The translations under genes were made by a program, and so were the position numbers. The notes under the pieces are model-generated. The model saw nothing but the letters and a program-made list of their open reading frames with translations, did not search any database and was not told where the DNA came from. From NCBI GenBank assembly GCA_965112155.1, contig OZ218100.1: a DNA stretch of 64,000 nucleotides. One strand, 5' to 3'. Below, one piece after another: positions 52,243 to 63,708 of the stretch. The stretch comes from Podarcis liolepis (Eukaryota). Numbering within the stretch: position 1 is the first letter of the stretch; each line of letters begins with the position of its first letter.

Positions 52243-53666
52243 GTAAGGACTCTTACAAACTGCCCCACCCCACACTTGTATGTCGGGGGGGGGGGAATCT
52301 GGGTCATGTTGTTGTGATGCAGCTTGCACCGGTGTAGAGAAAAAATAATGAAATCTGTACAGTATTGGAAGTGGCTGCAACCTTACAAAAAGTCAAGACT
52401 CTTAAATCCCTTTACAAGTATACTAAAGCTTTGTACTCCATGTGTGAAGAGGTAGGTTATAAAGGTCAATTATACATCCAAGTAAAGATATATCAGTTTG
52501 TTGGATTTTCCTTCTGGGCAGTAGCTCCGTGTTTCTGCTTTTGTGCCAACAAATGCATCATTCATCTGATATTAAAGGCATGGGTCAATTCTAGTGACTC
52601 CTCACACATGGGAGAGTCCCAGTGTCTAGACTTGAGCTTCCATTCTTGTAAAGGTTTCTCTGCTCATTGCAATGTGAAGAACAGCTGTGTTTGAATTCAG
52701 GGATCTGTACATGGTACCTTGAGGAGTCATGCGCAGATAGTTCTTTATTGGAGGAGGGAGGATCAAACGCAGTGATTCATCAGGAAACCAAGGGATCCTT
52801 TGCAACATAGCAGCAATTATAGTAATTACTTATGAGGCACCTTGAACTACATAACAGAGAAATACTCCAGTTCTTTTTCCCCCAATAGCAATGTACACCC
52901 TGTCTCCAGATGTCAATACTCTGTTAGAGGAACCAAATTTGTTGCTGTGTATTCAGAGTAATCTGTGCATTCGCCTAATATTATTCTTTCATGATGTGCA
53001 TTAGGTATGAATTAAATGGCCAAACTGTACAGTTATAACTAAGGGTTTTTACATATGTCTAGTTAAATCAACAGAATAAAGCAGGCCATCACTGCAGAAC
53101 ATTTAGTGCATACAAGCTTGTGATTTAAACATTTTTCTTGGGCTTTCTCAGTAAAATGCGAGCTAAATGATGAGAACTGCCGTCATTGTAACATGTCTCT
53201 GTACATTCTGTTTGCCAAGCATGATGTTTGCACTAGATGCTATTCTATTATTGCTTCTGTCACAGTTTGAATGAAGGAGCTTGTTAGTGTCTCTCTGAAG
53301 AATATAGTCACAGATAAAAAAAATCTATCTATTTTCTTCTTCAAACTCTTAAGTTTTAATTGAAGAAGTAACTTTTTTGTTTCATATCACACTGGAAACA
53401 ACATGCTGACCTTTTAACTTCGCTTGGTCTGTGGGTGTGTTATATATAAAAATATAAATAGAAATTACAGATATTGAGTGTTTGTATCACACTTTAGTAG
53501 AAAGCATTTTCCTTCTCTTTAAGCAGAGTCATTATGTGCTAACTAAAATGCACCATAAAGACTTAAAGATACTATTTTTAACAGCCTGCTTCTGGTCTTC
53601 CAGTAATATCTTCAAATATAAATACTTATGGTTTTATATGTTCAATCCAGCATAGTTTTCTTTTTC

Positions 53667-53668
<2 letters not shown>

Positions 53669-53723
<55 letters not shown>

Positions 53724-54642
53724 TTATTATTTATACCCCGCCCATCTGGCTGGGTGTCCCCAGCCACTCTGGGCGGCTTCCATAAAAACCAAAAATACAG
53801 TAAAATATCACACGTTAAAAACTTTCCTGAACAGGGCTGCCTTAAGATGTCTTCTGAATGTCAGGTAGTTGTTTATCGTTTTGACATCTGCTGGAAGGGC
53901 GTTCCACAGGGCGGGCGCCACTACCGAGAAGGCCCTCTGCCTGGTTCCCTGTAGCTTTGCTTCTCGCAATGAGGGAACCGCCAGAAGGCCCTCGGCGCTG
54001 GACCTCAGCGTCCGGGCAGAATGATGGGGGTAGAGACGCTCCTTCAGGTATACTGGACCGAGGCCGGTTAGGGCTTTAAAGGTCAGCACCAACACTTTGA
54101 ATTGTGCTCGGAAACGTACTGGGAGCCAATGTAGGTCTTTCAAGACCGGTGTTATATTGTCTCGGCGGCCGCCCCCAGTCACCAGTCTAGCTGCCGCATT
54201 CTGGATTAGTTGTAGTTTCCGGGACACCTTCAAAGGTAGCCCCACGTAGAGTGCATTGCAGTAGTCCAAGCGGGAGATAACCAGAGCATGTACCACTCTG
54301 GCGAGACAGTCCGCAGGCAGATAGGGTCTCAGCCTACGTACCAGATGGAGCTGGTAAACAGCTGCCCTGGACACAGATTTAACCTGTGCCTCCATGGACA
54401 GCTGTGAGTCCAAAATGACTCCCAGGCTGCGCACCTGGTCCTTCAGGGGCACAGTTACCCCATTCAGGACCAGGGAATCCTCCACACCTGCCCGCCTCCT
54501 GTCCCCCAAAAACAGTACTTCTGTCTTGTCAGGATTCAACCTCAATCTGTTAGCCGCCATCCATCTTCCAACCGCCTCCAAACACTCACGCAGGACCTTC
54601 ACCGCCTTCACTGGTTCTGATTTAAAAGAGAGGTAGAGCTGG
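53669..54642 (-). mobile_element. Young 5'-truncated L2-clade LINE (ORF2 C-terminus, 3' UTR, (ATT)n tail)
   Basis: Uninterrupted frame 54641..53808: QLYLSFKSEPVKAVKVLRECLEAVGRWMAANRLRLNPDKTEVL...VHALVISRLDYCNALYVGLP...LHWLPVRFRAQFKVLVL...; (TAA)~18 on + at 53669-53723. Confidence 0.93.
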
Positions 54643-55850
54643 CAGTGTTGTCCTTTGAGGTTCCTTTGCAGGCACCTAGTATCCTCACTGGATATGTTCC
54701 TGTTTCATTTAAAGTTCATAAACTTAATTACAGTTACATTTGCAGAAAAGTCCACTTGAAAACATGCAAATAAATTCAGAGAGTGACCAACCAAAGAACC
54801 CCCATCCTGTTCTCTGTGTGCAAGTTGCATTCTTTTCCAAAGTAAGAGTTCCTTGATGGCCTTTTTGAGCTCCCAAATGTTTGTTGATGCATTCAGAGAT
54901 GAGAATAGAAGATGCTAATTTGCAGCTTAGTCAGCATGTTAACCACAGGGTGCTTAGCAGACCCATTTCCAGACCTATTAACTGCACTACCATAATATTT
55001 TAATAACACAACACTTTGTAAATTATCTACTTTAGAAAATACACAGCAGGAAAGCTTGATAAATATGGATTTTGGAAGGGCACATGAAGCATGGATAGGG
55101 CAGTGGAGATTATAATTATTAGGCTATATCTGAAGTGGGCATGTCAGGGACTGCTATAAGCCAAGCCGGTGCTTATGTTGAAACTACCTTGACATGTTTG
55201 CAACTATTACATTTTAAGTTCCTCAAGCAGGGATGGGCCATGCAGTAGCTTAATCTATACTACCACATTCATGGGCTGACATATATTATTCCTGCTGCTT
55301 CTCCCCTCTGCCTCTCCCTCCCGGTAAACAACAGCATCCTGCCTGCTGGGAAGTGGCTCCACCCCACCCAGGAAGCAGCCTCTTGTTTAGTGTGATGTCC
55401 ATAACTCCGTGCCAAAGAAAAAGCACTTCCTGTGCCTAAATAGGCTGAGCTCGAATCCTGGCAAAACAGAGCCACGGTGGTTGAATGGTTCTCATCTCTG
55501 AAATATGGGTCAACTGCTGGCCCTGGATAGGGTTGCACTGCCCTCAAGGAGCAGGTACACAGTCTGGGGATGCTTCTGGATCCAGCTTTTTCACTGGAGG
55601 CCCAGGTATCCTCAATGGCTAGGAGCATCTATTACCAGCCACACCTGATACAACAGCTGTGACCATTACAGGACCAGGAGAGCTCAAGCACGGGTGACTT
55701 TAAGTTTGGATTACTTCAATGCTCTTTCTGTGAGTCTTCCCTTGCTGTTTGGCCCAGAAACTAAGCATATAACACTTCTGCTCAGAGGTCTGCACTGGTT
55801 CCTGATTTGTTACCAGGCCAAGTTCATTGTGTTACTATTGGTATGTAAAG

Positions 55851-55940
55851 CATAGCTGTCAACTATTCCCTTTTTAAAAGGGAAATTCCCTTATTCCGAA
55901 TAGGATTCCTTGCAAGAAAAGGGAAAAGTTGACAGCTATG
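55851..55940. mobile_element. 90-bp MITE nested in L2
   Basis: Perfect 14-bp TIR CATAGCTGTCAACT / AGTTGACAGCTATG; 6-bp flanks gtaaag/ataaag. Confidence 0.88.
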
Positions 55941-56166
55941 ATAAAGCCCTTAACAGCTTGGGACCAATTTACTTGTGAGATCACCTTACCCCATATATGC
56001 CCACTCAGCCACTTAGATCTGTGGACCTGGCACTATTGCAGATGTCACATGATGCTCATTCCACAGTTGTAAGAAGTTGATCTTTTAATGTAGCAGCACC
56101 TGCCCTTTGGAACTCCCTGCCTGTTGACATCACATAGGTGCCTTTGCTACACTAGTCTACATTACC

Positions 56167-56212
56167 TTGGACTTAGATGACGCTTGGGGTCCCTTCTCAC
56201 TCAACAACTCTA
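56167..56212 (+). mobile_element. CR1-type 3' terminal stub
   Basis: ttggacttagatgacgcttggggtcccttctcactc matches the tail of the SINE at 63553-63708. Confidence 0.65.
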
Positions 56213-57898
56213 TATACGAAAACGTTTTAAGCAGGAAATGAAAACATTGTTTAAGCTAGCCTATCCAGACATATATATGTTGATTTGTTTTAATCTTTCA
56301 CTGTTAATTTTAATTCTCTTTAAAATGCTTTTAATTACTTGCTTTTTAATAGATAATTTTAATATTTTTTACAAACCGCTTTGAGGTTTTATTAGTCAAG
56401 CAGTATATACATTTTGTTAAATATAAATAAATAAATAAAATGCTATATTGTTTGTTCAGTGCATTATAAATTCAATAAACAGTGCGCTGCCATTGGGGAG
56501 ATTTTATGTGGTGGTTATGGCATATACAAACAATATTAGCAGAGTCCATGTAAGCAAAAAGCAAATCCCGGGAGCTGGCCCTCTGTTGTTAGCTGATTAA
56601 ATTCTTTGGTATCTTTTCCATTGCAGTAAGTCCCAGACAATGGAGATACCGAAACAAATTACTGAGAACATTATTAAAGAATGTATAGACTATTTTAAAG
56701 ATCTGATATTTTCACTATTAATATTTTCCAGCTTTGTCTAGTTGAGGATGCAAAGTTATATACAGAACAAAATTATAAGTAAAAAAACAACCCTGAAAGG
56801 CTAACTGTGGAAGTGTTTAGAATAAGGGTCAGCTTGACCTTGTTGCTCCTCAATTTTTAAAACAATGTAGAGGCACCTTATGTCAGGTCTGCTGAGAAAT
56901 TGCTAATTTTGATACTACAAGTGTTTCAAAATATCTCTCTGTATTGCTGCTTAAGAAGTTTGAAGGACAGATTCCATTTAGGAGTCATCAGTGTGGGGTT
57001 AATAAAACTTGTGACTTACCCGTTCTACTGGCAAGCTAGTACAAGCCAGAAAGATTGTTATTATTATAGTATTCTTTGGGAATACTACTCAGCTGCTGAA
57101 GAATGAATTTTATTTATCTTCTGTGGGTACAAGTTCTTTCTACATATATGTCATAGCTGGAAGGCAAAAAAAGGAAATTATCCATACCAATACAGATTAG
57201 GCCAACATTAATGAATTTGTGGATTTCTGTATATTTCTGTAACTTTGAGCAACTATAGCAGCTGAATTTAAAATTTAAATAGCAGAAAATAGTAATAAAC
57301 ATTGAAACTCTAAATTACTGATTTCTGTGTCAAATAATAATAATAGGATTGTCTTTTTCAGATGTATAATTCTGATTTCTGGGGTACTTAATTTCCACCA
57401 CTTTATCAGGACACATTTTAGTTTTGTACCTGCTCCCCTCCACCACTCCAAAACATGGGGCTATACCTGTTGAAAATATTTTTAAAACTGAAAAGTTAAT
57501 TTTTGGAAGGTATACCTTGATTTTGTTTGTTTTCATCTGTGCATATAACAAAACAGATAGCTGGAACTTTGCACTTGTACATTTTTGCCTTTAAGTTTTT
57601 ATTTCAGCTTTTATATTGTCATTTTTCGTTAAGGAAAATGAGTAATACTTCCCCGACAGCAAAATATGGCAAGAATAAGTTCTTTTGAAAGGAGGAATTT
57701 CTACCTTCTTTATTTCCTTTTTGTTTTTTAACCCTTCTCTAGGCATTATTGAATGTCAGTTATTATAGAAAGTTGATAACATATGATTAATCTGTTCTGT
57801 AAGTTTACCCATGTTTGTGTTATCAACACTGCTTAATAAATGGTCATTGTACCAATTTCCCATACATTAAAACTTCAGCATAATTATTACAGCCAATA

Positions 57899-58124
57899 CA
57901 GTGGTACCTCGGGTTAAGTACTTAATTCGTTCCGGAGGTCTGTTCTTAACCTGAAACTGTTCTTAACCTGAAGCACCACTTTAGCTAATGGGGCCTCCTT
58001 CTGCCACCGTGCTGCTGGAGCACGATTTCTGTTCCTATCCTGAAGCAAAGCTCTTAACCTGAAGCACTATTTCTGGGTTAGCAGAGTCTATAACCTGAAG
58101 CGTATGTAACCCGAGGTACCATTG
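57899..58124 (-). mobile_element. Tc1/mariner MITE family A, reverse orientation
   Basis: TA|CAGTGGTACCTCGGGTTAAG...TAACCCGAGGTACCATTG|TA. Confidence 0.92.
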
Positions 58125-59382
58125 TACCTGTTGCATTTCATTTTCTTCTGACCTCACTTCTTTCAGCCCAAACCACCACCCCAGAAAATAGAATAGCCTC
58201 TTCATGCAGCTGACAAAAAAGGATCTTCGGCCATGAAAGCTCTTAATGATCTTTTATTCTTTATTTGTCATGAGGCTCTTCATTGTGCTTGCTTCCTCTC
58301 TAGAGTATGTTAAATGACAGTGGCTGTGTTCAAACAGTCTCATCTGGGCTTAATAATTCTTATGTAAACTATTGTTAACAACTTCGCAAAAAGCCAAGAT
58401 CTGGTTTAAGGTTGTGGCTCATTTTGAAGTTAGTAGCCGTAGCTAACTGTTTCAGAGTAAACAGGAAGCTCTGGTTAATTAGAGACTTCCTGGTTTGATT
58501 GCTCACACTGAAGTGAAGAGGCTGCATACACAGGCAAAAGGCTTGTTCAAAACTCTCTTTATTAAGCCAAGCTATGTTTGTCTGAACAAGGCCACTATCT
58601 GCTATGCATGCACAAACAGCAGGGGCAAGATTCTCAGTAGTGGAAGCCCTGTGCAATGACTTGACTTGCACAATGGGGTCCCCCCTCCTTACTCCCCCCC
58701 CCGTGCCCCCTGTGAAATTGGCTTGGGGAGTTCAGGAAAACCCCTAGAACAATGCATTCTGGGAAGAGTGAGGGGATCATTGCTTCTGGCAAACTGAAAT
58801 GCTTCCCCTGACGGAACATTCACCTTAGCACAATGTTGTATTCCTTCCCAGGTTTCTCAGATATCTGGCCTTTATCCTTCCTGCCATGCTGTGAACTTTT
58901 AACTCTCAAAATAGTGTCTAAGAAGTGTTTACATTTATAGCATTGCGCCTCTGTGTTAGAAGATTTGCTTTTGCTTCCAACTTCAGTGTTAAGTGTCACT
59001 TCACTTACTGCTCATCTCCTGGATTGCAAGAGTGCCTCAGGTGGCACGGGCAACAGGAGTTTATGGCACACTTTGAGAGGAGCAGGAGGACTTCCGATTC
59101 TTGGCTCTGATATCGTCAAGCCTGAACCACCAGCCCCTCTGCTGACATGCCAGCAGACTAAAGGAAAAACTGCCCCCAAGGCTCCGGTTGCTGCTTGAGT
59201 ACTGTAGTGACTGCTTAAATTATACTTGTAGTTGTCTAAATTTGTGACCCATGTCCCCAAAACTGTTAGTCCCTGTGATTTGTAATCTGTTCTAAGGAGT
59301 GCTGCTTTTGGATGTTTTCCTGGTATGCAACATGGTGACAATCCTAATAGATTTGGATCCCCAGAAATACAGAATGTAAGTA

Positions 59383-59620
59383 CAGTGAACGCTCGGGTTG
59401 CGAACGTGATCTGTACGGGATGCACGTTCACAACCCGCAGCAGCATGTCTGCGCACGCGCGGGTTGCAATTCTGCGCATGCGCAAAGCATGATTTAGAGC
59501 TTCTGCACATGCACGACGGCCGAAACCCAGAAGTAACCCAGTCCGGTACTTCCGGGTTTCGGCAGTCCACAACCGGAAAAAAAACGCAACATGAAGCGTC
59601 TGTAACCCAAGGTATGACTG
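59383..59620. mobile_element. CpG-rich Tc1/mariner-like MITE family D
   Basis: TA flanks (59381-59382, 59621-59622); imperfect TIRs CAGTGAACGCTCGGGTTGCGAACG vs reverse complement CAGTCATACCTTGGGTTACAGACG; internal gcgcatgcgc motifs. Confidence 0.8.
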
Positions 59621-61183
59621 TACTCTAGAATCTACCTTGGCCTCTTCATGACCTTTAAAACACCATTTAGATTGCTGTCTTTAACTCCTGGAGCTAAAAA
59701 TTATTTTAAAGGCTTAGGTCTGCATAATTTATAGATTGCCATTTTCCATACATCCTACTTTGATGTATTGCTTATGCTTTTATAGCTTCTGAATCCTAAT
59801 AATTTAAGAGAACCGAAAAGATCTCCTGCAGGTGAAAAGCAGTTGTGCTCTGATAACGCTTACGTTGGAGCCAAATTTCCTTCCCTCTTAATGCTTTCAA
59901 CAAAGAAATTAGACAACTCAACCTTCTGCTGGCAAAAAAATATATATTTTAGTGGGTGGTCGGAAGAATACAAGTCTACATTGTCAAAGGCCACCTTTCC
60001 TGGATTCCTTTGGCTGAGGCCTTCTTCACCATGAAGAGGTGTTCACAGGACATTTACCTTCTGTGTGCTTTGGGAGATGACATTTGATGAGGGTTTTTGT
60101 TGTTCAGTGCTAACAGTGGGGCATGGCTACTTCTGTTTATTCTCAAACCTTCCACAGAGCTTTCATGATTATGATTTCAATATCTTCCAGATCCATCAGC
60201 ATTATTGCTACCATTTCATCCTAGGATACTAGTTGTATTTAAGAGGGTTGTAGGACTGGCCGGGGGGAGCCACCTCTTAACAGTTTAGTGGAGATGAGAG
60301 CTGCTGCAAATGCGCTTTAAACATGAACAAGGCATCTCTTTGCTGCTGAAATATTTTCTTGTGTGTGCTCACAGTCTCTTTTCCCCCATTCTCTTCTTTT
60401 CTGTATAGGTTATTAACTGCTGACAAGAAATTCACATCTCATAAATAATGCTTAAGAGCTATTGCTATATAAATTGAATGTGTTATGAATTGTGATGGGG
60501 CTTTTTGTAGTGTGCTGTGCCTAGAGCAGTAAGAACAGAGGGTGTCATTTTCATTAATTTCTAATGAGGTGCCAATTAAAGGCAAGGAAGGCGCTCAGAA
60601 GGGAAGAGTCATAGAGCTCCCCTGAATCCTCTATCCTGGGGCTGTCATAGGAACATGCCACCAAGCCTTCCCTGAAAATTCCATTAAATTACAATCTCAT
60701 CTAGTGCACACATAGACAAATTCAGCTTTCCTTTGATCTTCAAAAGAGCAATTTGTAAGATGAGTTCTGAGCTTTCTCACACAGCGAACTGGGAGAGGTG
60801 AGAGGAATTGCTAATTGCTAATGCACTTTGCAGGCTTTGGTGAGGAACAGAAATGTGAAAGCAGATTTTCATTCTGCGTCTCTCTGACTGGCTAACCTTT
60901 AAATCAACAATACTGGAGCAATGCCACTTTCCTACAAGACATTTCTACATGGCAGTTACGCCAGCCAAATGTTCAGATAGTGATAATTTCAAAGCGTTGA
61001 GTGGAGTGTTTGGGGGCTTGGCTTCGCATGGTGGATACTCATTTCATAAATGCACTATTAGTATCAAGTTTCAGTGGGCAAAAGTTCAACTACTAACATA
61101 AAAAACATATTCCACAATTTTAAAAAGAACCCTGCTAAATCTGAGCTGTTCCAAAAACCCTCTTAAGTAACAATATTAGTTCT

Positions 61184-61558
61184 AGCTGGCCACATTGTCA
61201 AGTCACACAGAACTATGGCTTAGCTTGATGTGCATATGAGCCAAAGCAAGCCTTGGGCTCCCTCTGTCTCCCTTCTTCCCCTGTTGGCCATGCAAGAGGA
61301 GAAGAATGAATCAGTTTGTAATGTTGGCACGACAAACTGTGGTTAATGGTAACTGTGGTTAATTTCAAAGAAGTCAATCATGCTTTCTGATGCTTTCTTT
61401 TTGAAATTAACCATAGTTTCTGGTTTGGATGACCCAGACACCATGATTAACTAAAAACAGAAATGAAAGCTTCCAACTCTTCTCTCAACTGTGTGGGAGG
61501 AAGGGAAAATGCAGGTCACATTAAACCCAGGATTTTAGCATGATGTGTGAATGCAGCT
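61184..61558. mobile_element. Degenerate palindromic MITE (possibly Harbinger-like)
   Basis: Central inverted repeat aactgtggttaatttcaaa (61351) / tttgaaattaaccatagtt (61418); repeated aaccat/atggtt motifs; end atgtgtgaatgcagc. Confidence 0.55.
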
Positions 61559-62090
61559 GTTGGCTACCTGATTTGAATTCAAGATTTAATGTTCACATTA
61601 TAAATGTTCACATTAGCTGTTGCAGTTGCCATAGCATTGCGCTTGAAAGGGAGATTTTAGGTTGCTTGAGTTTCAGGCTTGAGACATATTTCCAATCTTG
61701 AAATCAAATTTCATGAGCAAAAGTGCTCTTCACCTCTTAAAACAGATTCAAGGCCATTTTCTTCCCTGAATCCAAAAAGTGATTCACTGATTATGGATTT
61801 TACTGGAAATTTTTTAATCAGCCGATTTTAGTGGAAAAGCTAACTTTACCAGTTTAGTTTAGTTTAGTTTAGACTTAGATTTTTAGGACGTGTGAACATT
61901 GAGCTGATTAACATTGAGCTAATCCTACTAAATCAGAGACACTAAAGACACTAAAACTCACAATTTGAAAATTTTAAAGGTTATGAAGGATTGGATTTAC
62001 AGTGACTTCCTAGAGTGGCATGAAATTGCCAAAAACTCTTAAGCTGAGCTGCTTTCTGCAGTAGTAAAGTCTTTACAAGGCTTACAAGAA

Positions 62091-62310
62091 TTGCTTAGGG
62101 GATTGGTAATGGGATGTGAAGCATTTCACCTCTGTCACCATGTCAAATCCAGCACTGGTCAGGAATGACAGGGAAAATTACCACCATCTGCTGGCTCTTT
62201 AGCAATCCCTGTAGAAAGCGTATGCAGCTTTCAGTCCAGTTCATAGTGGTCATACATGGCCATATCAGAAGAATGACATTCCAGCTTGAGTTAATTGGCT
62301 ATCAGTGTCC
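62091..62310 (+). mobile_element. LF-SINE (ancient lobe-finned fish SINE) relic, 5' part
   Basis: Collinear matches to the remembered consensus: ttggtaatgggat (62103), tttcacctct (62124), tcaaatccagc (62143), accatctg.tggct, tcagtccagttcatagtgg (62231), taattggc (62292). Confidence 0.8.
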
Positions 62311-63450
62311 AGAAACCACACAAATTATGATAACTAAGTATTTTTGGTACTGAGCATGTGATGTAAAAATGCCCTAATGTTCTTTATTGAGCTATTTCAA
62401 GTAACTGCTAATGGGCAAATCATATTAAGATGTTAATGAATGCATGACAGTTTGATAAGTTAATACATATGGCAACATCAATATGTGAAACAACAATTGT
62501 ACCTTTTAATTTCTAACGATGACCTATTGTTTAAAGCACGGATGGAATCCTTAAACATGTTGTGCTTTGCATTAAAGGCTTTCACAGCATATATCCAAAG
62601 AATCATTTAGTTTTTTTGTCTGCATAGCCCTGGAAGATATAATCCCTAACCTCCCATAATATTGCAGAATGCCATATAAGCGTCATTGCTCAAGGGAATG
62701 CTGTTTCAATTAAGGAGAATTAGAAGTGTACTTACTTTCACTGGAAAGGTGGCACACCCTTAAGATACAAGATACTCAGGCTGCCCAACTTAAAACCATA
62801 GGGATTTCCTTCTCATTAGAAACAGATACATGTGCATTCAGACGGAGACCAGATGGTATAGATAAGCTTGGTTGGGTTTATTCAGAGGACATTATGTTGA
62901 AGAATAAAGATAAAATACCTTTTTCAATTTTATTTTTAAGAAGTAACAAATAAAAACAAAACAGTTGTGTAGCATTACACATAATGATATAGCTTAGCTC
63001 AATAAAACACACAACACCAACAGAGTTAAAAAATGCTCCACCACTTTCCCAAACAATATTAGGTTGCAGGCAGGAAGTTGATTAAACTCTGCCCATACAG
63101 TTTCTTCTGCTGTGGCATTCATTTCTTAGCTCGTGATGCACAGAAAAAGTTGACCTGAACAGGTGGTGAATCACCTGAGTCTGTACCTTTTCAAGTTTCA
63201 GCCTTGCCTTCTAGAGAAGCCCGGCTTGCACTTTGAGAGATGTTGGAGTAATATACTGTGAACTACTAGGCATGATTGTTGGCAACTATTAAAAAGCACA
63301 TTTTCTTTTTGCTTGCACATGGTAAATGAGCGACTTTTTTTAGTAATAGAAGTGGGGCATGAGGTAACCAAGTCAGCCCATTTGCAGTGAGAAACAGTAT
63401 GGTTTTGGGACAGAGATCTGGCAGGTCTGGGCCATCAACTTAATATAAAC

Positions 63451-63538
63451 CAGCCTCCCAAATTGGTGCCCTCCAGATCTTCTGACCACCAGCCATTGTG
63501 GTCCAGAACATCTGGAGGGCACCAGGTTGGGGAAGCTG
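63451..63538. mobile_element. Short palindromic hAT MITE, 88 bp
   Basis: tggtgccctccagat / atctggagggcacca inverted repeat; TSD atataaac/atacaaac. Confidence 0.82.
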
Positions 63539-63552
63539 ATACAAACCTAAAT

Positions 63553-63708
63553 AGCCTGGATAGCTTTGTTGGTTAGAGCTGATAGTGCTGATAACACCAA
63601 GGTTGCAGGTTTGATCCCTGTATGGGGCAGCTGCATACTCCTGCACTGCAGGGGGTTGGACTACATGACCCTCAGGGTCCCTTCCAACTCTATGATTCTA
63701 GTCATTCT
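63553..63708 (+). mobile_element. tRNA-headed SINE with a CR1-derived 3' tail
   Basis: A-box-like tagctttgttgg and B-box-like ggtttgatccc, then gggttggactacatgaccctcagggtcccttccaactctatgattcta (CR1 terminal motif). Confidence 0.82.

Larger units (their letters stand above)
55434..56440 (+). mobile_element. Older degraded L2 LINE 3' portion with nested insertions
   Basis: Decayed RL.xNPGKTE, LG.LLD, LHWF..CYQAKF.VLLLV.KALN.LGP and APALWNSLP motifs, then a T-rich UTR and (TAAA)n tail. Confidence 0.85.

Noticed and set aside
52051-52337. ORF-track entries 52051..52317 and 52119..52337 as standalone genes
   Set aside because: The first is an off-frame overlap of ZFAND3 exon 5; the second is the exon frame reading through the donor into the intron.
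53808-54611. 267-aa ORF as a host gene or active reverse transcriptase
   Set aside because: It is the C-terminal part of L2 ORF2, starts at a GTG inside a truncated element and lacks the YADD motif and endonuclease domain.
53669-56440. Opposite-orientation L2 pair as a long dsRNA stem
   Set aside because: The second copy is heavily diverged and interrupted, so extended pairing is unlikely.
59012-59572. 186-aa minus-strand ORF
   Set aside because: It runs out of a GC-rich MITE into intronic sequence, with no recognisable domain or gene structure; a chance ORF.
60385-60420. Pyrimidine tract plus AG|GTTAT as the ZFAND3 last exon
   Set aside because: It reads GGT TAT TAA, a stop, rather than the expected GYVFCMLHRLPEQH; the true last exon must lie beyond the window.
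63553-63632. Possible tRNA gene
   Set aside because: The boxes are degenerate, no clean cloverleaf is apparent and it is fused to a CR1 tail; it is a SINE head.
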